From contig NC_092373.1 of the NCBI RefSeq assembly GCF_030028105.1, forward strand, positions 147,041,556 to 147,105,555: a DNA stretch of 64,000 nt. The letters are read 5' to 3'. Source of the stretch: Mobula birostris (Eukaryota). A model generated the notes under the pieces. It searched no databases and was not told where the DNA came from. It saw only the letters and a list, made by a program, of their open reading frames with translations. The position numbers were made by a program, and so were the translations under genes. Positions 1 to 14,590 of the stretch are shown in pieces. How positions within the stretch are numbered: position 1 is the stretch's first letter; the number at the start of each line of letters is the position of its first letter.

Positions 1-29
1 AAATACACTGTATATTCACATGGGTGTCG

Positions 30-420
30 TAAGACCATAAGACATAGGAGCAGAATTAGGCCATTCAGCCCATCAAGTCTGCTCTGCCATTCCTTCTTGG
101 CTGAGCTATTATCCCTCTCAAGCCCATCCTCCTGCCTTCTCCCTGTAATTTGTTTATGCTCTTAGTAATCAAGAAACAATCAAACACTGCTGTAAATATA
201 CCCAATGACTTGGTCTTCACCGTCATTTTTTGGCAATGAATTTCACAGATTCACCACCCTTAGGGTGAGGAAATTCCGCCTCATTCCTGTTCTAAAAGGA
301 CATCCTTTTATTCTGAGGCTGCGTCCTCTGGTCCTAGACTCCTTCAATCGAGGAGACATCTTCTCCACATCCATCCTATCTAGGGCTTTCAATAACTCCC
401 CATCATTCTTCTGCTTCCAT
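30..420 (-). mobile_element. CR1 LINE 3' fragment
   Basis: ORF 243-470(-) gives CR1 ORF2 C-terminal text (LDRMDVEKM..ESRTRGRSLRIKG..MRRNF); cataagacataggagcagaattagg tail shared with copies at 32023 and 34832. Confidence 0.85.
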
Positions 421-2559
421 AATATGGATCTGTGAAGTACAATAGAACCAACTTTCAGAAGAAAGTACAAAACACATGTATTTGATCATACATTTGGCAT
501 TTGACCGAAGACGAATTGGGAGGTTGGGTGAGCACAGCAGTCATTGGGCAACCCAATCTTCCAACAATGCTCTGGATCCCTAATGTCCTCTGCTTAAAGG
601 GGTTCAGAAGTTGTTCAAGCTCAGTGGTTAAATGGCAGACAGAAAAGGTCACACTTCAGGCCAGTACCAGGATTGAGGGTTGAATAACAGGATGTAATGC
701 TGCAAATAGTCTAATGACTTCACACATGTAGCCAAGATCAGTAAAGACATCATGAATGCTTATTACAGCACTAGTCTCAAATAGTACCCTATGTTCCATC
801 CTCCATTCTAATAAAAATTTGTACAGAAGCAATATTGACTTTGTTTTTTGCCACAGGTACTGCCTTCCCTGTTGAATACTTCTAGCATTTTCTGTTTTTG
901 TACCATATTATAGACCCTTTTTGCTGAAATACGTCAATGGTATTTGAGCAATATTGTGAATGGTTGGAAGCCTGTCATAACAAGACTGTCTGGTTCTTGT
1001 CAGTCAAGCCTTGACCGGACTGATGAACCATCTACAGTGAGGACAGCCCAGCAGTGACCTATTGGCCTGATGTAATGACAGCAGTATAACACATATGGCC
1101 GAATACAGCAAAACACATAAAATGTTTGATCTCTATATGTTATGGATGTAACAATGTTCTGGTTATGTTTTACTGAAAATTTAGAGAATTAAATCCTGTG
1201 TGGTTCTGATACAGTTCCACGTTGTGTATTGGAGTCCTTTAGATGACATGTGTCAGAACTTAAAGTCCCTTGGATCAATATGCATAAGACATATGTTCCC
1301 TGATGGCTCAACCTACATAGTCCATCTGGTCAGAGCCTTTCCCCTTCCTGCACCCATCTCTTCTGGCAGCTTGTCCCGCTCTCCTCCTCCTCCTTGCTTT
1401 CTTCCTTTCTCTCAGAAGGCAAAGCAAAGCTGCTGCAGAGCACTCATTTCTGCCAACCAAAAGCATAAAAGATGAGTGGTGACACTAGCCAATCTCTGCC
1501 AGCATTATTCTACAGATATCAAAGAACTTGTGTCCTCACTTCAGAAAATTAACCCCCATCTCGCCAATAGCCAGAGATCTTAAGTCATTCACTGACAAAT
1601 TACAAATTTGTAAGTAGTTGACAATGAATACAGGCGAGTTTTAAAGATCTTCCTCCAAAGTTTATTTCCTGGTTTTCTATGTTTAATTAACCCATAGTTT
1701 TAACTGAATTGTTGATTTTTGATATAGCTGATTGGTGCAATGTTCCAAAAGGAATGACGTCCCCAAGTGCCTGCTCTGCTAATTAGACTCTGAATGATAA
1801 TGTGTTCACTAGCTTCTAACAATCCAAATCTTCATCCAATATAACCTATCTTGCCTATTGCTTTGACAGGTATGTCTACCCTCTGAAAACACAATTAACT
1901 CATAATCATTATTTTTCATTATTTCCAAAACAATTGCAGAGCAGGAACGGGGTTAAAAAACTTGAGCTCTTGGCTTCAGTCTCTGTTATTGGTTGTTTAC
2001 CAATTAATCCTTAGCTAATTTGCATCTTCTGCACTTCTGCTCCAGATGTTTCAATCATTTAAAGGAGAACCCATGAGAAACTGTGTTAATAAGGACATAA
2101 TCGCATTGAAATCAATAGCGAACAATTTTAGTAATTATGTTTTACATGGATGTAATTCTTGATAATGATTGTGTCTATCTCATTGAATTCTAATTATTCG
2201 AAAAATGTACATGCCATGAATTGAAAAATATAATTACTTGTATGAAATCCTTTCTAAAAGAGCTGGGCAGTGGAGACAAACAATCATTCCTGGACGTGAG
2301 CAGTGAACACATTTGATGGTGTCATTCCTTCCTAGTTTTGAAGCAAACACGTTTTTCCTTCGGAAGTTCATTACCTTGAGTGTCCAGTACATCTCTCACA
2401 TCGAAGTGTGGTTTGAGTAAAGGTTTAACCTCTCACTGTATCTCTTTCCATCCTGTCTGAATCTATTGTTTTAAGTTCGGTATCATATCTTTATACCTGT
2501 TAGTCTTGTCAAGCTGTTACAACAATAGCTGGTACATTGGAATGTGCGTTAAGACTTTG

Positions 2560-3200
2560 ATTGTCTCAAGTTTAGTGGCCTTATGATATCACAAACTGTC
2601 GAATAGGCCTGGTAAATGTATTAGTTTCATACATGTCTTTACCTGGACATCACTCAATCATTATCATGTATGTCTGCATTCCCAAAGACATTCCTTGCAA
2701 TCTCTTTGGGATAAGTTTAATAGCAAAGATCTGAGTGACTTGCTTTCACTGCACATATGTACATGAACAATTCCCCTGTATGTGAACCTTCAGGCTAAAG
2801 ATCACATCAAACAGTTCATTCTTAATACCATCTTCAAAGCTTATCAGAACTCTGCTTGTATTTGTTACTGCCTGATCCTCTTCAAGATCACTGCTCTGAT
2901 CCATTTTTGAGGAGGTTGTCTGTAGTATCACACACTTCTTGCCAGCAATATATTGCAAGACAAGTTCTGCTGTAAGTGTCTCCTCTGTTTGTTTGACTGC
3001 TTACTCATGAATGTTGAATCAATGCCACTGTAACATCCTTCTTGGCAACCTATCAGTGTGCACTGAACCATCCCACTCAGATGGGGTAGGAACTGGTTTA
3101 TATAGTTGATGAAGCCCAGAAACTGTTGTACTCTTGCAACATCTAGTGTAGTTAGCACCTCTGTTACCACTTTGACCGGTTGGAGACACAGAGATTGCAG
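2560..3200 (-). mobile_element. Degenerate Gypsy pol fragment (RT-RNaseH linker to integrase)
   Basis: ORF 2928-3266(-) contains VQQFLGFINYINQFLPHLS; heavily decayed. Confidence 0.6.
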
Positions 3201-3269
3201 GTGCCCAAATCCAGAGAAACTCAGCAGGTCAGGTAGCACCTGTGGAGGTAAATGGACAGTTGCCATTTT

Positions 3270-3960
3270 GGATTGCGAATCTTCATCTGGACTAAAAGAT
3301 AAAGGGGAGATAGCAAGTATAAAAATGCCGAGGAAATGGATGGAGCAAGAGCTGGCAGGAGATAGGTAGATCCAGGTGAAGAGGGTGTTAGGCAGATGAA
3401 AGAGGGGAGAGTGGAAATAATGCCTGAAGCTGGGAGATGGTAGGTGGAAGTGACAAAGTGCTTAGGATAGTGGAATCTGATAGAAGAGAAAGATGGGGCA
3501 TGGAATCAAGGTGGGGAGGGCAGGTGGGAGTAGTGCAAGAGGGGAACCAGTGGGAGGACTGTGCAAGATGTATACGTGGAGAAGGTGGAGGAGAGGAACA
3601 AAGGAGGCTGATGGGGGCTGTGATGGGTGTAGGATGAACTGGGCAGACCAGAAAGAGAGAGAAAAGGGACAGACTGGAGCAGTTTACCGGAAATTGGAAA
3701 ATTCAACACTTATACCATCAGATTGTAGACTATCTAGATAGAATAAGTGTTGTTGCTCCAGATGAGCTTGGCCTCACCTTGGGGAGGAGGCTGCAGACTC
3801 CCACACCAATATGTCTATGTAGAGGAGCATCAAAATGGCTATTAACTGGGAGGATTAACATGGTATGGCAGACTGGACTCACCAGTACTTGGCAAAGCAG
3901 TCGTCCAGTCTAAGTGTCACTAGAATAGGAAGTCACCTCAGAAACAAAGGATGCAATAAA
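3270..3960 (-). mobile_element. Degenerate Penelope-like element 3' fragment
   Basis: Purine-rich tract and ggaaattggaaaattcaac..ccatcagattgtagactat similar to the Penelope copies at 15470, 53207 and 61145. Confidence 0.65.
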
Positions 3961-5706
3961 CAAGGCCCAAAGCCTACACCCACCATCAAAATGATTCATC
4001 AATTATTCCTTAACATTTTAAATTTTCTTCTACTTTTTGTATTTATTTGAATTCTTTTCAATATGTTAAATATTTACTTTTCTTTTTCATTCGAATCACC
4101 TCATCAATTACTTGCCCCTTCAGAGAAATGTGTCATATCTAATGTTAATAATCAAGTTGTCCATTGCTTATTTAATTTTACCTGTCAACCTTTGATCACA
4201 GTTGATCTGCCCCTATATGCCCTCACAATCTATTGAAATTGGCCTTCGTCCAATTGAATAATTATTTGTTGTACTCCTCTATAACACTGCTATATGTTCC
4301 CAGCTGTTGCTGAATCTTTCCCTCAGAAGTATTGTTTCCTTCCTTGCACAGCAAAAAACCATGAATTCTTTCCCCTCTTTCTCCATGACTGTGTTGCCAG
4401 CCCCCTTTCTAATGAATAATTTAAATCCCTTTTATAATTTGCCCACAATTCTTACAGCTTCTTAATACTTTCTTGCTTACTTCATGGTTTCACTCCTCCT
4501 TCTATTTGGAGGCCCAAGGCATACACCCAGGAGCAAAATGATTCATCTATTATTACTTAATTCAAACCGTGCAGATTCCCGTCTTCAAACTGACAAGTGC
4601 ATCATTCCTTTAGGTACTGTTAACAGTAAATGTGATTAACTCACCCACCCTTTTCTTCTTATCTCTACTGAATATTTTGGAGGAGGAATATTTATTTTGA
4701 GCAGGTTTTTGTTACTAACGTTATGCTGTAATCTCAAATGGCAATTTGTGCTGTATTTATTCTCTACTTTGTGCATTTGTTTCCATGAACTCCAATGCCC
4801 ACCCACACTACCATAGCTTCCACTGATGATTGTCTCCTATTTCTGAACTACTCTTTACTTTTTCAGCAGACTTTAGCACATTTAACTGCCTATATCCGGG
4901 ACAATGAGCTCTGAATTCCTTGGGTCAGCAAAGTGCCTCTTTACTTCCTATAATGATGATACCTGCACCTTGATGCAAAGCTGCCAGCAACCATTGAGTG
5001 CTGTTCTCATTTGTTAATGGCAATGGCTTATTCAAAACCAGTCCTGCAAAATTAGGAAACCTGCTATTCATGCATATGGATCAAAACAATAACTGATGCA
5101 GTTGTCTCCATGGACAGCACCTACACTTTCTTTCAACAGGACAGCAGGAGTTCTCCAGCTAATATCAAGGAATGCTTACAAAGCTGCAAACACCTCTCCC
5201 AGTGTACGATCTTTGCATATAGGTTCTGAAAGAGCTAAGCATATTCATCTCAGCAAATCTCTCTTTCTGGGCAAAGAGGAGGGACATCACACGAAGAAGG
5301 TAAAGCAGATGTGTTTTGTTGCTGACCATCTGTCCCGAAACCACCCAACACTGAACGTTGCTCCTGTTGAAGCAGTAAGTGAATTTTATACGCTTCTCCA
5401 CTAGACATGCAGGCAACAGCATTTTAACTTTTGTGATCAAGGCACAGTGATCTCACAAAGTTTAGAAGAGATCTCTTCAAAGAACCAGCAGGAAACATCC
5501 CTTGGATCAACACACCCCTATGCCATCCATTTCCTGAATAGACATTGAACCCTCACTACCTCACTACCTTTTTTATTTCTATTTTTGCACTACTTATTTA
5601 ATTTAACTAATATATCTAGATAGAAATACATACACATACATGTATACATATACACACACTTAATGCAATTCACATCTTTTTCTATTATGTATTGCATTGT
5701 ACTGTG

Positions 5707-6200
5707 TCACAAAGGTTCAATAGGTACATTTAATGTCAGTGAAATGTATACAATATACATCCTGTAATTCTCTTTCTTCGCAAACATCCACGAAAACAGA
5801 GGAGTGCTCCAAAGAATGAGTGACAGTTCAATGTGAGAACTCCAAGACACCCCCCCCCAGCTCCCCCTCCCATGCACAAGCAGCAGCAAGGAAATGATCC
5901 CCCTCCCCCACCAGCAAAAAAGGGCACTCAAGTGTGCAGCAAAGCATCAGTAAGGACACAGACTTGCAGTACTCCAAAGACTACTCATCCACCAGGTAAT
6001 TTGACATACCACAGACTCTCTCTCTATCCCTAATAAGGGAAAAACAGGTGTCCCTGAGAGGAGGGACATAACAAACAGCTCGCTGATTTATGATGTTAAA
6101 AGCCTGTTGTATTGCTTTTTCCAAGCTCTGCACCCAGAGAGTTGGCCCCCGGGCTCAGGTCTCTGGACCCACAGCCCACGGCAGCTAACCCGCTGCTCAC
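5707..6200 (-). mobile_element. Non-autonomous retroelement, 3' part (same family as 33304-34113 and 56793-58819)
   Basis: Reverse complement of the 3' half of those copies (cattaaatgtacctattgaacctttg tail). Confidence 0.8.
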
Positions 6201-7477
6201 AATGTTCTGTGTTCTCTCGCGACACCTCCGTCAGGGGTACCAGGGAGAACAAGTGGCAGCAGGAAACTGCTCCTGCTACTCACTGTCTATGTGGATTTGA
6301 GGGCAGAATGCATCGACGCAAGATACTTCAAACTGCCCCACTTCCTGCCTGAGCTGAAAAGTGTGGACATGCTAGAACACGCAATAATCTGTTTACTGAA
6401 CAACAAATAAATCCCAAGTATTGAGGCAACAGAGTTTCTATTTAAACATAGCAGCACAATATTTAACAAGAGGCTCTACTCACTGGGATAAACAGAAGTC
6501 AGGGTGCAAGCCAGAGGAACATTCACCAATAAAGGTAAATGAATAAGAAGAGAGTTTATATACAATCAATGGAAGAGCATGTAACTGAGCCAGTGGAATA
6601 AGGAGCAAAGAAAAAGGAAATTACATGAAAATGCCAGCCTCCTTCTTGGGAAAATCATCAGGACACTCAATATGTATGCCTCAATACCCATATTGGAATT
6701 TTTCTCCTTACAAAGAGAGAAGGATCACAGTTTAAATACCCTATCCACCAACCCTACTGCACCACTTTAGTCTCCTGACTGCAGATGCTGGCGAGGAAAG
6801 GAATAGAACAGAGACTAGACTCTGAATGTGCAGACTGCCAGATGGTGTATGGTACCCAAGTGCCCAGACCAGCAGGAATTTAACTGACCTAGTGATTGCG
6901 CTAACAATCTGCTTGGTGTTTGTTTCTTGTCACATTTAATAAAGTACAAGAAAAAATATATTGTTATAGTTGCAATGCAGCATGCTCTTTTAATATTTGG
7001 GCCTAACTATGCACTTGGGGAATATGTAGACATTTCCTACAGTCCTGGGCATTCTGTCTCTGTGAAAGTGTATTGATCCTATAAAATAAATGTTGATTGA
7101 GGTATATTTTAAGACAATAATAAAAAAAAACAACAGATTGTCAACAGTATTTATCCAGACAGCTTTCCTAAAAGCAGCAAATGTTTCCTTCATCTGTTCC
7201 AGATTCAACACAAAAGCAATAGTTCTATTGATTTAGACAGGAGGATGCTGTCCTCACACCCCTCCCACCAATCCTTGTGATAGCCCATTAGTTACTATCC
7301 CAATTTGAAAATTATCCATTTATTTCTTCTCTCTGCTCATTCTTTGCTCACCAATCCCAGGCCACAGTAACATATTAACCCTAGTACTGCACACTGTAAT
7401 TTTGTTTATTAATCTCTTGTGTAACATCTTATCACAAGTCTTCAGATGGTCTAAATAGGAAGTAACTTGTTTGTCCC

Positions 7478-8042
7478 TAAGACCTTAAGACTTTAAGATG
7501 AATTAGGCTATTCAGCCATGAAGTCTACTCCACCATTTGATAACAGCTAGTATGTTTTTCCTCACATCCCAGTTCTCCTGCACTTACCAAATTTATTCCC
7601 TTACTGAAGAAGTAACTATCAACCTCTGCTTTAAATATTCCCAATGCCTTGGCCTCCATAGCAATTTGTGGCAATAAATTCCACAGATTCACCACTCTCT
7701 GAGAATTCCACTGAGGAGTTCCTCCTCATTTCTATTCTAAAGATTGGCCTTCAATTCTGAGTCTGTGCCCTTTAGTCCTAGACTCTCCATACTATTGGAA
7801 ACATCTTTTGTATATCAAATCTATTGAGGCCCTTCAATATTCATTAGGTTTCAATGAGTTTCCCCTCATTCTTCTAAACTCCAGTGAGTACAGGCCCAGA
7901 GCTATCAAACAGCCCTAATACATTAATCTTGCATTCTTTAGATTATTCTCGAAACCTTCTCTGGACTCTCTCCAATGCCAGCACATCCTTTCTTAGTTAT
8001 GGGATCCAAAGCTGCTCATAATAATCCAAATATGATCTGACC
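7478..8042 (-). mobile_element. CR1 LINE 3' fragment, interrupted by the L1 and resuming at 13376-13415
   Basis: Similar to the CR1 at 34832-35845; cttataaagccttagcattacatc continues it after the L1. Confidence 0.85.
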
Positions 8043-8080
8043 GGGGGAGTCACGTGGGTGCCGGACAAGATGGCTGCACG
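8043..8080 (+). promoter_or_regulatory. Putative L1 internal promoter (E-box and YY1-like site)
   Basis: CACGTG at 8051-8056 and CAAGATGGC at 8066-8074, at the start of the element. Confidence 0.45.
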
Positions 8081-8205
8081 TTAGTGGAGCTCCAACAACC
8101 CACCATGAAATTAAATTATCCTGCCTTGTCCAGATACAACTGTCCTGCAGTTAAAAACTGTTTTTTTTTACTAAAAGGACTAATAACTTTGAGAGATAAT
8201 TCTGT

Positions 8206-9055
8206 ATGATGCCGAGACCTAAGAGCGCTACAGTGAGCCATGTGTCTACAAGACAGGGCCCACAATCCGAAGTTCAAGCAATGCTAACGACACAGACGGA
8301 CCAAGGCTCCAACATGGAGAATTTACTGGCTGAGGTTAGTCATATGAGTTCCACTCTACTCGTAGTGGCTGCTGATGTACCTACGACTAAGGAAACGACA
8401 ACAGAGATGAAGGACTCTGTCAATGCCATTCAAGAGAGGCTGATGGAAGCCGAGGGCTGTCTCTCCAGTGTGGAGGACACCACTGAGCAACTGGTGGGTG
8501 CCAGCGAGCAGAATAATAAATGCTTGGACCTGCTGTGGAACCGTGTCGAGGAGCTTGGGAACAGGAGTAGACGCAACAACGTCAGGCTGATTGGTCTAAA
8601 GGAGGTTGTGGAAATGGGTGGTCTGATTAAGTGTGTGCAAAGAATTATGTTCGAAGGACTTGGCATCGAACTGAATGCAGAGTTTGAGATTGAGAGGGCG
8701 CATTGGGCCCCGGCTCCTAGGCCAGGCGAGGATCGCCCCCCCACCCCAGGTTGGTCCTAACACGATTCTTGCGCTCTTCAGCCAGAGAGAAAGTGCTGCA
8801 AGCGCCAAGACAAAGAGAGGAGTTGAGTGGGAGGGATGCAAAGTTTCCTTCTTTCCAGATATGTCCAGGGAATTGGCTGAAGAACGGAGGGCATTTACTA
8901 TGGCTTGGAAAATGCTGCAAGAAGTCAACATGAGGTACGCACTCGCTTATCCAGCAGTTCTACGCTTCACGTGGAAGGGAAAGAACAAGTTCTTTACTAC
9001 TGTTGCAGAAGCAGAGAAATTCATTCAGGAAAACTGCAGTGCTGACATTGACTGA
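8206..9055 (+). pseudogene. L1 ORF1p, frameshifted near the C-run at ~8735-8755
   Basis: Coiled coil, LGNRSRRNNVRLIGLKE, FEIERAH, VSFFPDMSRELAEERRAF, YPAVLRF spread over ORFs 8206, 8751 and 8675. Confidence 0.92.
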
Positions 9056-9472
9056 GAGACAGGATTTGATCACAGTAATAGGTGGAGATAACTTTTTTAG
9101 GTATAGCAGGGTGGGTGGGGAGCTGGATAAAGCGGTCTGATTAGGGTGAGGCTTGCCAGCTGGCACGGCACTTTGAGGACCATATCATGTATCTTTTTCT
9201 TTTCTATTTCTTTGTGGAGCTTATCCTGCCTGTTTGTTTTTATTTGATAGTTAATCTGGCAGGAATATATTATTTATATGTTTCTGGGTTATGTTGGTTG
9301 CTTACTTGTTGTTTGAGAGCGCAGAATTTGCAGTGTTTTTTTGATAATAATTGAGCACGGGGACAGAGTACAGCAGGTTATTTTTGGACTATTTTTTCAG
9401 AGTTATTGCATTCCAGACTCAGCCATCCATGAAAATGTATATTTTTGCACATTTGTGCATGAAGTTTAGGAC

Positions 9473-12400
9473 ATGAAAATGGTTAATTTCATGTCATGGA
9501 AAATTAATGGGTGTGGAAACCCAATCAAGAGGATAAAGATTTTATCACGCCTTAAAGGTAAACAAATTGATGTTGCATTTGTCCAGGAAACACATTTTAA
9601 AGATGTTGAAGCACTGAAACTTAGAAGAGATTGGGTGGGCCAGGTATTCTATTCATCACTTAATAGCAAACAAAATGGGACAATGATTTTAATTAACAAA
9701 AAACTTAATTTTTAATTGCTTGGAGAATTTAAAGACAAGGAAGGCAGGATAATTTGTATAGATTAACTTATTAATGGGGTGAAAGTAGTACTTTGTTTCA
9801 TATATGCACCTAATAAGGAACACCCAGACTTTCTTAACAAGGTGAACGAAATTTTAGGCATCAAGGAAGGAAAAATAATTTTAGCAGGAGACTTTAACCA
9901 AGTAATGGACCCTGATATTGATAAAAGCAAATTTCAGGCATCACCATTACCCAGGGACAGGGCTGCCTTACATCAATTTATTGAGGATATTGGTCTGGTG
10001 GATATATGGCAATTGGTGATCCATCCAGAAAAGAATATACATTTTTCTCTCATCGACATAAATCCTACTTTAGAATAAATTTTTTTCTGATATCCAACTC
10101 CATTGTTGAACGGGTGATAGACTGTAAAATTGGCCCGATAGCGTTATCAGACCATGCACCGGTTGAAATTCAAATTGATTTAAATACTGAAAGGGGAAGG
10201 AGGGGTAGATGGCAGATGAATACTATGTTGTTAAAAGATGAGGATTTCAGTGATAAGCTGGCTGAGGATCTGACTTCGTTTTTTGAATTGAATGTAGGGA
10301 CCACAGTAAAGTTGTCCTCGGTGTGGGAGGCATCCGAGGCATATATAAGAGGAAAATTAATAGCACATACATCTAAAAGGAAGAAAGAAAGTATGGAGCA
10401 AATAAAAAATCTGGAGGCAGAAATAACCACATTGGAAAAGGTTTTAGCAAGACAATATACTGATGACTTATACAAAGATCTGTGCAATTTGAAATTCCAG
10501 CTAAATAACATATAACAAAGAAGCAGAATATGCATTATTTAGATTAAAAACAAGTTTCTGTAAAGGTGGTGACAAAGCTGGTAAGCTGCTGGCATGATAT
10601 CTAAAGCAGCAGAATACGAATAGTGTTATACCTGTAATTAAGAAAGGGGATACATTAGTGTCATCATCTAAAGAAATAAACAAAGCCTTTCGACAGTTCT
10701 ATGAACATCTATATGCATCACCGTTTAACCATGACCAGGAGGAGCTGAATCAGTTTTTTGCTAACATAAAATTGCCTGCATTATCCCCACAACAAGCTGA
10801 GTCCTTGGATGCCCCAATTACTGAGGATGAGGTCAGACGGAGTATTGTGGCTATGAAAATGGGGAAATCTCCAGGTATGGATGGCTTCCCAGTTGAATAT
10901 TATAAGAAATTTCTGGACATATTGGCTCCTATTCTAACAAAAATCTATTCAGAAGCATTTAATTTGGAATCTTTACTGAATACATTTAATGAAGCATTAA
11001 TATCGTTGATTCCAAAAAAAAGACAGGGAGGCAATAGATCCCTCCAATTATAGGTCTATAAGCTTAGTTAATGTGGACTGTAAGATACTGACTAAAATAC
11101 TGGCTATGCAATTAGAGAAAGTATTGCCATCTAAAATTAATACTGACCAGGTTGGCTTCATTAAAGGCAGATCCTCAACTGACAATTTAAGGAGATTACT
11201 GCACTTAATGTGGCTGAACTCCCCAAGTAGTATCCCAGTTACTGCCATTTCCCTGGATGCCGTAAAGGCCTTTGACAAGGTTGAGTGGAGATTTTTAACC
11301 ACAGCCTTGTCATTCTTTGGGTTTGGCTCTATGTTTAATTCATGGATTAGAATTTTGTATAAAAACCCTAAGGCTGCAGTTATTACAAATGGTATCATAT
11401 CCCCATTTTTCAACATCTCACGAGGTACATGCCAAGGCTGCCCCCTCTCCCCACTGTTATTTACGATTTTTTTTGGGACTGCTGGCAATCATGATTACAG
11501 CAGATCCAAATGTTAGAGGAGTGAAGGGAGGTGGAAAGGAGCATAAACTGATGTTATATGCTGACGATATTTTATTACTGATTAGTGACTCTTCTAAGTC
11601 CTTACCCCCACTAATGAAAACAATTCAATTATACTCTAAGGTATCTGGTTATAAATCAACTTCAATAAATCTGAGGCTATGCCAATGTCAAAATTGTGTT
11701 TTTCAAATTCAGTATCTCAGTTTAATTTCAGATGGGTGCCGGTTGGAATGAAGTATCTAGGGGTCAATCTCAGTCAGAATTTGGATGAAATAATTACTTT
11801 AAATTATGACCCATTATTGAGTAGGATAAGAAATAATCTGGATAAGTGGGGGGCACTGAGACTGTCACTCTGGGGTAAAGTCAATGTAGTTAAAGTGGTC
11901 ATAGCACCTCAGTTTAACTATCTTTCTATGGTGCTTCCTTTAAATATATCAGATTTGATCTGCAAGCAATACAACAAAATTATCAGGGATTTTCTATGGG
12001 ATAAAAAGAAGCCAGGAATTAAAATGAGCAAGATGTGTATGTCCAGGGACATGGGTGGGCTCAGTCTACCAGACGTCAGGGCATATAAATTATCCTTTGA
12101 AATGACCAAGTTAGCTAAACATTGGGACAGGGCTGATGTTGATTTAGATTGGGTAATTATAGAATGGAGCCTGGCTGCACCATATTCTCCCCTTAACATC
12201 CTCTCACGACATGTGGAAAACAAGACTAATCTAAATCCTATACTATTTCACTCAAAGAGTGTGTGGAGTACAATTCATAAAGCTTGTAGAACGTCACATT
12301 TAAACCAGTTATTCTCGTCGCTCTGGAATAACCCTGAGATATGCATTGGGAAAAGAATGGTGTACTGGAAAGAATGGAAGATTAAAGGTGTAAATACAGT

Positions 12401-13223
12401 AGCTGATCTCTATGAGTATGGGATTTTTATGTCATATGTGGATTTGCAGAAGAAATATAACTTTGTAGATAAAGGGAATTTTTGGAAGTATTTGCAAATA
12501 AGACGTTGCGTTAGTAGCATATTCAAGAACGATGACCCACAAAGTAAACCTTTAACTGAATCCTTTCCATTACCACAGGAAGTTCATAAAGCATCAGTGT
12601 TTTATAAAATGTTCAAGCACTCTGTGGGTGAATCGTGTAGCAATCTCAAAGCAGCATGGCAGAAGGATCTTGGAAGCAATATTGAAGATAATGAGTGGTT
12701 AAATACTTTATCAAATGTGGGTAGACATATTGGAGAAAAGAGAGGGAAATTTGTTCAATATAAGATAATACACAGATATTATTGGACACCATCTAGACTC
12801 TACAACATGGGGATTGTTGATAATAATTTATGCTGGAAATGTAAAAATGAGGTGGGCACATATTTTCACATGATTTGTGAGTGTTCCATGGTTCGTCCAT
12901 TTTGGTGTAAAGTTCTTGATTTGTTGGGGAGTTGGTTGGGTTCCACACTGCCCTTGTGCCCACGGCTTTGTCTCCTGGGTGATAGGACAATGATACCTAA
13001 TGTAAACAATGACAAATTTACTATTTTAAAGGTGGGTCTCATCACAGCTGCAATTATATTGCAAAACAGGAAAAAACCCAGGTGTCCCACTGAGAAGGAA
13101 TGGACTGAGGAAATGATTAAGATTTCATCATATGAACACATGTTGGGAAGAATTAACAGTGAGGGAAAAGTGCAAGACACGTGGGATCAATTTTGGTTCT
13201 ATGTTGATTTAAACTTAAATTAG
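9473..13223 (+). pseudogene. L1 ORF2p (APE endonuclease, RT, C-terminal CCHC) with stops and frameshifts
   Basis: FVQETH, IYAPN, GDFN, SDHAP, KSPGMDG, QVGFIKGR, QGCPLSPLLF, LYADD, CWKC..HMICEC. Confidence 0.95.
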
Positions 13224-13999
13224 AACTTCTTTCTGTTTCTAAGCTTTACTTGTTTTCCTGTCATGGGGTGGCTGTGTAAATATGCTGTACTCTATCTGCT
13301 CTATGACATGCTGTACTGCTTTGTAAAATAAGAATAAATAATAAAAAAAATTTGAATTACAAATATGATCTGACCAATGTCTTATAAAGCCTTAGCATTA
13401 CATCATTGCTTTTATCTTATTTATTCTACTAGCTGCAATTTTAAACAAACAAATCGTTAAATATAATTTCCATTTTTATAATTCTGTGCTGAAACTGCTC
13501 AATCAGGTTATTATTTTGGAAAAGCACTGTGGTCACTTATGTGATAATAAACTCCAGCAGCTTTCAAGCTAACCTATGTATTGTCCCCTGTTACCACTAG
13601 ATCCCTTTTCTTATATTTTGAGGTACAATTGCATTTGAGAACCATTCTATCTTCTATTAAACTTTAGAAAGAGATAATCTGTGTATTCTCTTTCTCCATA
13701 GTCATCTGCTTCAAACTTTTGGTCACAGGTTGCTAGATCCTGAAGATTTAGTGCCTGTCAGTTCCATTAATTTCTGTAACAGTAATCTTTCACTGTTGCT
13801 AACTTCTTTGTCTTACTTCCATTTTGGACCTATAGTTTCCACTGTTTCTAATAGTTTTTCTGTGTCTTCTTTTGTGAAAACCAATGCAAAATATTTGTTT
13901 GACTAGAGCAGACGAATGTAAAAATATTATTTATCTTATTGCGCACAAGTGGAGAGAAATGTACCACACTATACACTCTCAAATGATCCTGTGGGACAT

Positions 14000-14590
14000 C
14001 CTGGATGCATTACAATCACATTGCACCCAACCTTGAAATGAAACAGTTTACCATTATCAGTTTTTTTTACCAGGAGAAGAGAACATCCATTAATAATTTT
14101 ACGATAGATTGTAGCATATAATAGCAATTTTGCAGAATTGAAGCACTCCCTTGCAGATTATTCAGTATCCATCTTGATGAGAATCAACCCAAGAGACCTT
14201 GAAAGAGTTAGAAGCACAACTAACCTGATGATGCAGATGGTTAACCAGATCTGATTAGAGTAAACACCTTCAGTGTACGGGAAGCAAATAATGGGTTGTG
14301 CTCTGTAGAACTTGATGAGGAGAGCTCATGTCTAAGTTATTTTAACACATCATTTGGAAGCTACCTTTCAAGAAGAATGTCTTTAGGAATTAATACAATG
14401 CTAGTGGAATTTTAATGAAGACTGGAAGCTGCACTCATTGGCTATGTACCATCATAATGTTGGAGAAGGAAGAACATTGACAGAGCTCAGTAAGTGGAAG
14501 TTATTGAGAGCTGACTGGAGATAAATGAGTGAAAATTGATTAAAATGAAAGAAGTCTCCTTTCTGGCTATTTGACCACCAGAGAGTCTCT
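14000..14590 (+). mobile_element. Degenerate Gypsy RT fragment
   Basis: gaacttgatgaggagagctca..tttaacacatcatttggaag..agaatgtctttagga resembles ELDEESS..FNTPFGR..RMPFG. Confidence 0.55.

Larger units (their letters stand above)
8043..13359 (+). mobile_element. Full-length, mutationally inactivated L1-clade LINE
   Basis: TSD caaatatgatctgacc at 8027-8042 and 13360-13375; G-rich 5' end; ORF1, ~420-bp spacer, ORF2; AATAAA/A-rich tail. Confidence 0.95.

Noticed and set aside
455-1475. Short ORFs and a ctgatga motif at ~1020
   Set aside because: No homology recognised; no GAAA or stems positioned for a hammerhead
5096-5440. Overlapping ~100-aa ORFs as a host exon
   Set aside because: No recognisable domain or convincing splice-site pair; consistent with chance ORFs
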